64,000 nucleotides of DNA from an uncultured Gemmatimonadales bacterium (GTDB lineage Bacteria; Gemmatimonadota; Gemmatimonadetes; Gemmatimonadales; GWC2-71-9): NCBI GenBank assembly GCA_963739455.1, contig CAVUAK010000001.1, forward strand, positions 704,001-768,000, written 5' to 3'. Below are positions 30,195 to 38,352 of this stretch, in pieces. Position 1 is the stretch's first letter; each line of letters begins with the position of its first letter. Position numbers and translations under genes: made by a program. The notes below the pieces were generated by a model. The model was given only the letters and a program-made list of their open reading frames with translations, was not told where the DNA came from and made no database searches.

Positions 30195-31282
30195 GACGCG
30201 CCTCCCTTCAGCACCTGCACCTTCGCACCGTCGGTCAGCCGCAGCTGCCCGTCCACCACCACCTGCTCTCCCGCCGTGACGCCGGCGGAGAGCACGGCAA
30301 TCGAGTCACTCTGCCGTCGCAGCGTGACCGGCCGCATGTGCGCCGTGCTGCTGTCCACCACGTAGACGTAGCTGCCCTGCTGGCCGGTCACCACGGCGCT
30401 CGACGGCAGGACGATGGCGTCCTTGTCCACCGAGAGGGCGAGCTGCACCCGCACCAGCCCGCCGGGCCAGAGGCGGCTGTCCTTGTTGGCAAACTCCGCC
30501 TTGAGCGTGATGGTGCCGGTGAGCGAGTCCACGGCGTTGTCGAGAAAGTCGAGCGTGCCGGTGACGGCGGACGCGGTGTCGCCCACCGGGATGGCGCGGA
30601 CATCCTGCTTGCTGCCGGCGAGTGCCCGCAGGTCGGAGAGGTAGGCGGCCGGCACACTGAAGCGCACGCGGATGGGGGCCATCTGGTTGATCACCACCAG
30701 CGCGTCGCCGCTGCCGGCGCGCACGAGGTTGCCCTCGCGCACCAGGAGCGACCCGGCGCGACCCGTGATGGGCGCGCGCACCGTGGCGTACTGGAGGCTC
30801 AGGCGCGCCTGGTCGATGGCGGCCTGGTCGGAGCGCAGGGTCGCCTCGAGCGCCGACGCGGTGGCTTTCGCCTGGTCGAGCTGCTGCGCGGTGACGTACT
30901 CCTTGGCGGCGAGCGTCTCGAACCGGTCGCGGTCGCGGCGGGCACTTTCCCACTGCGCCGAGTCGCGCGCGAGGGCCGCTTCGGCCTGGCTCAGCGCGGC
31001 GCGGAAGGACCGCGGGTCGATCTGGAAGAGCACCTGTCCCTCGGTGACCTGGTCGCCCTCGCGGAAGGTGACCTTGTCGATGAGCCCCGAGACCTGCGCC
31101 TCGACCCGCGCGGTGCGCACCGGCTCCACGGTGCCCGTGGCCTCGAGCACACGGGGGACATCGCGCTGCACCGCCGCGGTGAGGGTGACAGGAGCCGCCG
31201 CTGCCTGCGAGGCGGGGCCCTTGGTCTTGCAGGCCGACGCGGCCGCGACGAGGACGAGTGCGAGGTGTCGGAGCCGCATCAC
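30191..31282 (-). CDS. RND periplasmic adaptor (membrane fusion protein)
   Basis: Lipoprotein signal; QVSG..FREG..LFQIDPR, RAPITGRAG, DNAVDSLTGTI. Confidence 0.92.
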   Translation of the reverse strand: MMRLRHLALVLVAAASACKTKGPASQAAAAPVTLTAAVQRDVPRVLEATGTVEPVRTARVEAQVSGLIDKVTFREGDQVTEGQVLFQIDPRSFRAALSQAEAALARDSAQWESARRDRDRFETLAAKEYVTAQQLDQAKATASALEATLRSDQAAIDQARLSLQYATVRAPITGRAGSLLVREGNLVRAGSGDALVVINQMAPIRVRFSVPAAYLSDLRALAGSKQDVRAIPVGDTASAVTGTLDFLDNAVDSLTGTITLKAEFANKDSRLWPGGLVRVQLALSVDKDAIVLPSSAVVTGQQGSYVYVVDSSTAHMRPVTLRRQSDSIAVLSAGVTAGEQVVVDGQLRLTDGAKVQVLKGGAS

Positions 31283-32757
31283 TTGGTTGAGTCCGTGGGT
31301 TCAGAGAGACGAATGCGCGCGCCACCATCAGGATCGAGCAGGGCGGCGTCGTGCGCCAGCTGCACCAGTGCCGAATACCAGAGGAGCCGGGCCTGGATGC
31401 GCTGGGCCCGCGCATCGGCCAGGGCATTCTCGGCGGCGAGGAGGTCGATGAGCCCGCCGACGCCTTCCTTGTATCGTGCTCGCGCCGCATCGGCCGAGGC
31501 GCTGGCGCTGGTGAGCAGCTCCTCGCTGGTGCGCACCTGCTGGCTCGCGGCCCGCTGCGCCTCGTAGGCCGCGAATACCTGGAAGGTGACCTGCTGCGCC
31601 AGGCTCTCGGTACGCGCGCCCTCGGCGTCTGCGGTGGCGGCGGCGGCGCGTGTGTCGTACTCCCAGCGGAAGCCGTTGAAGAGCGGAATGCCGAGTGCCA
31701 GGCCCAGGGTGTAGTAGTTCCCGCCACCGCCGCCGGTCGAGAGAATGATGTTGCGGCCCACGCCGCCGGTGGCAGAAATGGTGGGGTAGCGAGCCGACCG
31801 GGTGGCGCGGGTGCGCTCCTGGGCCGCGGCCCATGTGGCCTGCGCAGCGACGAGATCGGGCCGGTTGACCAGCGCGTGCTTCACCAGCACATCCACGCTG
31901 TCCGCGACTTCGGCGATCTCACCGTGACCGGCGGCCTCGTCGGCATCCAGGTCCATGGTGGCGGGGAACCCCGCGGCGGTGGCGAGCGCACCGCGCGCCG
32001 TGCGCAACTGGCCCTCGGTGGTCTGCAAGGCGAGCAGTGCCTGGGACACCGCGGTGCGCGCCTGCAGCACATCGGCGATGGTGGCAACGCCGACGTTCCG
32101 CCGGTCCTCGGCGGCGGCGAGGTTCACCTTCTGTTCCTCGAGGGTCTTTTCCTGCGCGCCGAGCAGCGCGCGGTATCCGACATACGCGTAGTAGGCCTGC
32201 GCCGTGCGCAGCACGACGTCGGCGATGACCGCGTTGTGGGTCCAGTCGGCCGCGAGCAGGGCCTCGCGCGCGGCGCCGATGGTGCCGGCGCGGCCACCCA
32301 CGTCGAACAGCAGCCAGCTGAACCCGACGCTGGGGATGTACAGCACCTGCTGCACCGACTGACGGCCCTGGGTGGCGGGGTTCTGCAGCGCCGTGATGCC
32401 CATGGAGCCGTTGATCTCGGGGAATGCGGTGCCGCGGGCAGATCCATACGCCGCCGCACGAGCGCGCGCGTTGTCCCAGGCGAGCCGGGTGTCGGGGCTG
32501 TTGCGCAGGGCAAGGTCCACGAGGTCCCCCAGCGTGAGCGAATCGCGCCGGACCGCGAACTCGGCGGGCAGCGCCAAGGGGGCCGGGATCGGGGTCCGTT
32601 CCGGCGCCCGGGACGGCGGAGTCCAGACCTTTTCGGGCGCCGGCGCCGTCGACTGGGCACCACCGACTCCCGGTGATGCGGGGGCGCACGCGAGCATTGC
32701 CGAGAGGGCAAGAAGAGCCGGAAGCGTCGTATGGCGGGCGCTGTGGAGCTGGGGCAC
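31279..32757 (-). CDS. TolC family outer-membrane efflux lipoprotein
   Basis: Lipobox MLAC; ALVNRPDL, IPLFNG, RYKEGVG..DLL; operon context. Confidence 0.9.
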   Translation of the reverse strand: MPQLHSARHTTLPALLALSAMLACAPASPGVGGAQSTAPAPEKVWTPPSRAPERTPIPAPLALPAEFAVRRDSLTLGDLVDLALRNSPDTRLAWDNARARAAAYGSARGTAFPEINGSMGITALQNPATQGRQSVQQVLYIPSVGFSWLLFDVGGRAGTIGAAREALLAADWTHNAVIADVVLRTAQAYYAYVGYRALLGAQEKTLEEQKVNLAAAEDRRNVGVATIADVLQARTAVSQALLALQTTEGQLRTARGALATAAGFPATMDLDADEAAGHGEIAEVADSVDVLVKHALVNRPDLVAAQATWAAAQERTRATRSARYPTISATGGVGRNIILSTGGGGGNYYTLGLALGIPLFNGFRWEYDTRAAAATADAEGARTESLAQQVTFQVFAAYEAQRAASQQVRTSEELLTSASASADAARARYKEGVGGLIDLLAAENALADARAQRIQARLLWYSALVQLAHDAALLDPDGGARIRLSEPTDSTK

Positions 32758-32865
32758 GTCGAGTCTATTCAGGGCAAGGGTGAATACAGCACCTCAGTTA
32801 TACGCGCGGATGAGGTGGAATGTTGAAGGTAAAGGCGGGGAGGACGCAGAGCGCGGGGAGGTTGG

Positions 32866-34270
32866 CTACTCCAGCTGCCACTTGTACGCCACCTGGTACT
32901 TCGGGGAACGCGCGGTCATCCAGGGCCGGACCTCGACGAGGAGTCGTTCCTCACGCGGGGCCAGGAGCAGGCTGGTGTCCCGCGCCACGCAACGTTCCTG
33001 CACATTGACACAGTCGTAGAGGGCCAGCCCGGTGATGCGGACGGGCTGCCCCGATCGGTTGCGCGCCGAGACGAGCTGACGCCTGGAACCCTTGATCCGC
33101 GCTTCATCAAGTTCGATCGGGCTCCCCATGAGCCGGACGGCGCCGGGAACGCGTGGCGCACCGGTCCAGCCCGCCATGGCCAGCGCGCGTCCCCGGGCCA
33201 GTCCCGGACCCTGCCAGAGGATGGCGCCGCCCGGCGAGGTGACCGCAATGACCACGGCCTCGAGCGCAGCGTACCCGTAGAGGGAGGTGTCAGCGCCCAC
33301 GGACCAGCGGGATTGGCGCCTGCATCCGCCAATGGTCGATGACCCACCGGCCGTCATCGAGCCGAAGGAAGCTGAGTTCACCGCCGCTGCTGGTGCGTGG
33401 CACCCAGCGGCCCAGTCCCGTGTAGCGAAAGACGAGGCTCCTGAGCTGCAACGTGCCTGCATCGAGCCAGACGGCGCCTTCCACGTCAGAGAGTGGTCCC
33501 TGCTCCGCGGGTCGGTAACTCACCCCCACGAGATTGGAGCCGGAGTCGCCGGCCAGGGCCACAAGGCAGTGGGTCTCGAGAAATGCCGGGGCGTAGAGGA
33601 CGTTGAGGTCGGGGCCGTAGTAGACGGGTGCGTCAAGCTGGTCGCGCTGGACGAAGCCGCGCGCAAGCAGCGCCTCGGCAGGCAACGCCTCGACCGGCCA
33701 GCGGGCCTTCATGTTGACCGTGACGACGCTGTCGCTGAGCAGCTGGTCGTCGGCACTGCTCCGGCTGTTCCTGCGGTCGAGCCGGTAGGAGAACGGTTCG
33801 CCGCGGTAGGAGAGGTCGGCAAGGGTGATGGCCTTCCGTGCCTCCTCCCACAGGACCGCAACCCGATCGGTGGCCGTCTGGATTGATTCGCAGCGGTCCG
33901 AGCGGGTAGCGATTTCGGGAAGCCGCACCAGCAGGTCCTCGACGACAAGTCGCAACTGCACCGTGTCACTCGCCGCACCGACGAAGGACTGCGATCGCCA
34001 TGCGCGGAACCCGATGCGGGCCACTTGCACCTGCCTCGTGCCCCCGGGCGAACCGGTCAACATGAAACTGCCACTCGTCGCCGTGATCCCGCGACCGAAC
34101 TCGTGCCCTGTGCTGTCGACCAGCGTCACGAGCGCCCCTGGCACCGGCGCCCCGGTTGCCTCGTACACGAATCCGCGTACGACCTGCGCGCTGGCCGGAT
34201 CAGCGGCGAGCAGGAAGAGAAGCAGGGCGAAGAATGAGATGCGCGTGAGCGCGCGCGCGGCGGAAGTCAT
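32866..34270 (-). CDS. Secreted protein with carboxypeptidase-regulatory-like domain (probable frameshift at about 33295)
   Basis: Signal peptide; VRGFVYE..GAPVPGALVTL, RIGFR; C-terminal part in ORF 32866..33462. Confidence 0.65.
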
Positions 34271-34327
34271 GCGTGAACTGTCAGGCGCGATGTCCTTGGT
34301 GGCAAGGGAGGAACGCCCGGATGCGCC

Positions 34328-34394
34328 GACGGCGGCCCCGACTGGGAGCCGCCGTCTCGCTTCGCTTCGCCGGCCGCCCGAGCGCGGGCGACCG
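34328..34394. terminator. Two GC-rich hairpins downstream of the 40-aa ORF
   Basis: GACGGCGGC..GCCGCCGTC (34328-34356) and CGCCCG-agcg-CGGGCG; no clear U tract. Confidence 0.45.
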
Positions 34395-34430
34395 TCTTCA
34401 CTACGGGTGCAGGTTCACCGGAGTGTCAGT

Positions 34431-34553
34431 TCAGCGGGCACTCTTGTCACCGCCCAGCTGTGCCGGGAGCGGGCGGGCGAGGTATAGGGTCGGGGCTCCG
34501 GGGCCACTCAGGGGAACTGTCCGGGGCGAGCCCTGTGCTGGTGTCTGTTCCAT
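34431..34553 (-). CDS. 40-aa small protein
   Basis: RBS GAGGAG 7 nt upstream; MEQTPAQGSPRTVPLSGPGAPTLYLARPLPAQLGGDKSAR; upstream ECF-type promoter. Confidence 0.5.
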   Translation of the reverse strand: MEQTPAQGSPRTVPLSGPGAPTLYLARPLPAQLGGDKSAR

Positions 34554-34619
34554 CGTTCTGCTCCTCAGGTTCTCGTTACTGGCGGCCGGAATGACGTGTC
34601 GCCCGGCCTTCACAACCTT

Positions 34620-34646
34620 GGATGCATCCCGGCGGGGAATGGTTGC
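34620..34646 (-). promoter_or_regulatory. ECF-type promoter
   Basis: GCAACC-N16-CATCC. Confidence 0.6.
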
Positions 34647-34658
34647 GTAGGGTGGCGC

Positions 34659-34685
34659 GCAACCCTTTCCAGGCAGGCTGTGTCT
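34659..34685 (+). promoter_or_regulatory. ECF-type autoregulatory promoter
   Basis: GCAACC-ctttccaggcaggctg-TGTCT. Confidence 0.7.
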
Positions 34686-34726
34686 ACGTGCTGTCCCACG
34701 GATCGAATCCAGCGCCCCGGAGCCAG

Positions 34727-35275
34727 GTGGACGACCAGCAACTGATCGGGCGTATCCAGGCCGGGGACCCGGCAGCGGAGCGTCAGTTCTTCGAGACCCA
34801 CGCGGACCGGATCCACCGGATCGTCTACCGATTCGTCGGCGACCCGGAGGCCGCCCAGGACTGCGTGCAGGAGACGTTCATCCGCGCATTCGACCGCCTG
34901 GGGACGTTCCGGGGTGAGTCGGCCCTGGGGACCTGGCTCGGCTCGATCGCCGTATCGGTGGCGCTGAACACCTTGAGGGGACGAAAGCGGGACGAGAAGC
35001 GACACGCCCCGTGGGAAGCCGCCGAGGCGGTGGCAGCACCGCCCGCCCGGATCAGCGACCCGGACTTGAAGGCGCGGCTGCACGCCGAGATCGACCAGCT
35101 GCCGGAGGGTTACCGGATGGTGTTCCTGCTGCATGACGTGGAGGGCTATACGCACGAGGAGATCGGCACGATGCTCGGCGTGCAGTCGGGAACATCGAAG
35201 GCCCAGTTGTTCCGGGCCCGGGCGCGCCTCAGGGACCGGCTCGCCGATTTCGCACCGGAGGTAAGCGGCACATGA
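34727..35275 (+). CDS. ECF sigma-70 family factor
   Basis: AQDCVQETFIRAF, LGTWL, LHDVEGYTHEEIG..GTSKAQLFRAR; GTG 34727 after GGAG. Confidence 0.92.
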   Translation: MDDQQLIGRIQAGDPAAERQFFETHADRIHRIVYRFVGDPEAAQDCVQETFIRAFDRLGTFRGESALGTWLGSIAVSVALNTLRGRKRDEKRHAPWEAAEAVAAPPARISDPDLKARLHAEIDQLPEGYRMVFLLHDVEGYTHEEIGTMLGVQSGTSKAQLFRARARLRDRLADFAPEVSGT

Positions 35276-35949
35276 ACGACGAAAACGACGAGACCCCGCT
35301 GGACCCGCAGGTTGTCGAGATGGCGAAGGGCTACAACGCGCCGCCGACACTCAATCGAGATGCCGCGTGGAAGGCGATCGCGGCGAGTCGGCAGTTGGCA
35401 GTCGGCAGTCGACAGGCAGTCGACAGTCGGCAGGCGAGTGGCCGGCGGCGCTCGAGGGGTGGCCGGATGCCGGTGCTCAGCACGCGGGCGGCAGCGTGGA
35501 TTTCAGGAATCGCGGCATTGCTCGTACTCGGCATTGGCATCGGGCGGATGACTGCACCAACCGTCGAGACGGTGGCGACGGCGCCGGTGACCAAGGCGCC
35601 GTCGGTGGCGCTCGAGGTGGCGGCGGCGCAGCACCTGAGCCAGTCGGAGGCGTACCTCACGCTGTTCCGCGCGTCGGTGCGCGACGGACAGGTGGACAGC
35701 CTCCCGGTTGCCGCCGCGCGTGAGCTGCTCGCGACCAACCGCCTCCTGCTCGACTCGCGCATCGCCGATGCTCGACTGCGCCCGCTCCTGCTCGACCTCG
35801 AGCTCGTGCTCGCCGAGATCACCCAGCTCGGCACGAGCGGGCGACAGGCTGATGTCAAGCTGATTACCGACGGCCTCGACCAGGGCGACGTGATGATGCG
35901 CCTGCGTGTCGCCCCGGGCCGCCGCACTCTTCCCAACGGAGTTCTCTAG
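35272..35949 (+). CDS. Putative membrane-anchored anti-sigma factor
   Basis: Coupled to the sigma gene; single TM WISGIAALLVLGIGIG. Confidence 0.7.
   Translation: MNDENDETPLDPQVVEMAKGYNAPPTLNRDAAWKAIAASRQLAVGSRQAVDSRQASGRRRSRGGRMPVLSTRAAAWISGIAALLVLGIGIGRMTAPTVETVATAPVTKAPSVALEVAAAQHLSQSEAYLTLFRASVRDGQVDSLPVAAARELLATNRLLLDSRIADARLRPLLLDLELVLAEITQLGTSGRQADVKLITDGLDQGDVMMRLRVAPGRRTLPNGVL
35387..35432 (+). repeat. GTCGGCA heptamer array inside CDS
   Basis: gtcggca gttggca gtcggca gtcgaca ggca gtcgaca gtcggca. Confidence 0.85.
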
Positions 35950-37515
35950 ATGCGTCACCTCTTGGGTCTCATGTTCGTTGTTTCCACCCAAGCCGCCGCA
36001 CAACTGTCGCCGGCACCGAGCATCGCGCCCGCGGCGCGGGCCGCATACCAGTCGTCGCTGACGCTGGTTCCGACGGCGGCGCCGTCCATCCCGCGGAGCG
36101 AGTCGCACCAGGGCGATCCCGCCGACTCGCTCTACAAGGCGGGGCGGAACGCGCTGAACAAGAACCAGTACAAGACCGCGGCCGATCTCTTCCGCCAGGT
36201 GCGGTCGCGATATCCCAAGTCGGCATACGTGCCGGACACCTACTACTTCGAGGCGTTCGCGCTGTACCGCACGGGGAGCAATGCCGACCTGCGCCAGGCG
36301 GGCAGCCTGCTGGAGACGCAGGCAAGCAAGTACCCGAAGGCCGCCACGGCGGGTGACGCGCGCGGGTTGATGTCGCGGATTGATGCGCAGCTGGCACAGA
36401 AGGGCGATGCGCAGGCGGCCGAGCGGATGTCGACGACCGCGTCGTCCGCGGCTGCCCCGCGCTCGGCATCGACTTCGGCGGGTGGGCCAATGCCGCCGAT
36501 GGGCCCCATGACAGCGCCCCCGATGGCCCCAATGGCCCCGATGGCGCCGATGGCCTCGGCGGACAGCAGGCGGCCACGGGCGCCGTCTGAGCCGCGCGCT
36601 CCCCGCGCGCCGCGGAGCCGAGGCGATGACTGCGGCGACGAAGACGATGACGTACAGATGGCAGCGCTCAACGGGTTGATGCAGATGGATCCGGCGAAGG
36701 CGACGCCGATCCTGCAGAAGGTGCTGGCCCGGCGCGACTCCGGCTCGGTGTGCCTGCGCCGCAAGGCGGTGTTCCTGATCGCGCAGCAGGACAATGCCAA
36801 CGCGGAGAGCATACTGCTCAGCGTGGCGCGTAACGATCCCGATCCGGAGGTGCGTTCGCAGGCGGTGTTCTGGCTGTCGCAGGTGAACAGCCCGACTGCC
36901 GTCGCGGCACTCGACTCGATCTTGCGGTCGTCGAAGGACCCGGAACTGCAGGAGAAGGCATTGTTCGCACTGTCACAGCAGGACTCGCCGAAGGCGAAGC
37001 AGCTCCTGCGGGCGTATGCCGACCAGGAGAGTGCGCCGGAGGAGTTGCGGGAAAAGGCCGTGTTCTGGCTGGGACAGGAGGGCGACACGTCGAGTATCAC
37101 CTTCCTGCGCACGCTGTATGGGCGAACCACGAACGCCGAGCTGAAGGAGAAGATTCTCTTCGCGGTGTCGCAGTCGAACACGACGGGAGCCCAGGCATGG
37201 CTGCTGGATGTGGCGCAGAACCCGAGGGAGTCGATGGAGGCACGGAAGCAGGCACTGTTCTGGGCGGCGCAGAACGGGGCGAGCATCGCGAGCCTGAGCA
37301 AGCTCTATGGACAGCTGCAGGAGACGGAACTCAAGGAACAGCTGATCTTCGTGCTCGGGCAGAGCAACGACCCCGCAGCAGTGACGAAGCTGCTCGACAT
37401 CGCGAAGAATGACCCCGACAGGGAACTCCGGAAGAAGGCGATCTTCTGGCTGGGCCAGTCGAACGATCCGCGCGCGGCGCAGGCGCTGGAGTCGATACTG
37501 ACGGGGGGCAAGTGA
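35950..37515 (+). CDS. Secreted TPR-like plus HEAT-repeat protein
   Basis: Signal peptide; ADSLY..YPKS TPR-like region; repeated A(V/L/I)F(W/A)L(S/G)Q units. Confidence 0.85.
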   Translation: MRHLLGLMFVVSTQAAAQLSPAPSIAPAARAAYQSSLTLVPTAAPSIPRSESHQGDPADSLYKAGRNALNKNQYKTAADLFRQVRSRYPKSAYVPDTYYFEAFALYRTGSNADLRQAGSLLETQASKYPKAATAGDARGLMSRIDAQLAQKGDAQAAERMSTTASSAAAPRSASTSAGGPMPPMGPMTAPPMAPMAPMAPMASADSRRPRAPSEPRAPRAPRSRGDDCGDEDDDVQMAALNGLMQMDPAKATPILQKVLARRDSGSVCLRRKAVFLIAQQDNANAESILLSVARNDPDPEVRSQAVFWLSQVNSPTAVAALDSILRSSKDPELQEKALFALSQQDSPKAKQLLRAYADQESAPEELREKAVFWLGQEGDTSSITFLRTLYGRTTNAELKEKILFAVSQSNTTGAQAWLLDVAQNPRESMEARKQALFWAAQNGASIASLSKLYGQLQETELKEQLIFVLGQSNDPAAVTKLLDIAKNDPDRELRKKAIFWLGQSNDPRAAQALESILTGGK

Positions 37516-38282
37516 GGGCGGGTAAGGCGGGTGGGGCCACGATGCTGCTCCTGCTGTTCCCCGGAATCGTTGCGGCGCAGAGCCTCGAGTCGCGAGTGTA
37601 TGCGAGGCAGGATGCGGTGGTGCGCATCAGTTACGCGAGCCGTCCCGGTGTGTGCGGCAGTGGTGAGGGGAACATCAACGTCAGCGACGGTGACGATGAG
37701 CGTGACGGGTGGACCTCCGACTGCGAACGTGGACCGGTGCGGGTGGCAATCACGGTGAGCCAGGGCAGCGTCACCAGGATCAGTACCCGGGTGGGTGGTC
37801 GCTGGCTTCCGAAAGCCGGGGTGACAGACCTGGGCACAGTGTCGGCGCCGGCGGCGTCGCAACTCATGCTGGCCATTGCCCGTAAGGGCGGCAAGGCAGG
37901 CGAGGACGCGATCATGCCGGCGATACTGGCGGACAGCGTGCAGGTCTGGCCTGACCTCATCAAGATTGCGAAGAACCCGAATGTGAGCACCGACGTCCGG
38001 AAGTCGGCGGTGTTCTGGGTTGGGCAGGCGGCCGCGACCGCGGCCACTGCGGGGCTGGTGGAGGTGGTGGGTGACGAGGCGGTGAACCGCGACGTGCGGG
38101 AGTCGGCGGTGTTCGCGCTGTCGCAGCGGCCGAATGGTGAAGGGGTCCCGGCACTGCTCGCGACGGCCCGAACCGACAAGGATGGGAAGATCCGGAAGAG
38201 CGCGATCTTCTGGCTGGGCCAGTCGGAGGATCCGAGGGCGCTGGCGTACTTCGAGGAAGTGCTGACGATGGGATCCAGGTAG
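37512..38282 (+). CDS. Secreted HEAT-repeat protein
   Basis: Signal peptide; AVFWVGQ, AVFALSQ, AIFWLGQ repeats. Confidence 0.85.
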   Translation: MRAGKAGGATMLLLLFPGIVAAQSLESRVYARQDAVVRISYASRPGVCGSGEGNINVSDGDDERDGWTSDCERGPVRVAITVSQGSVTRISTRVGGRWLPKAGVTDLGTVSAPAASQLMLAIARKGGKAGEDAIMPAILADSVQVWPDLIKIAKNPNVSTDVRKSAVFWVGQAAATAATAGLVEVVGDEAVNRDVRESAVFALSQRPNGEGVPALLATARTDKDGKIRKSAIFWLGQSEDPRALAYFEEVLTMGSR

Positions 38283-38286
38283 GACG

Positions 38287-38313
38287 GCAACCCTTTCCCG
38301 GTGGCCGCCATCT
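38287..38313 (+). promoter_or_regulatory. ECF-type promoter
   Basis: GCAACC-ctttcccggtggccgc-CATCT, 40 nt before ATG 38353. Confidence 0.7.
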
Positions 38314-38352
38314 AAGCGGCACACCTCCAATGGGATGCCGGGACCGACCTGA

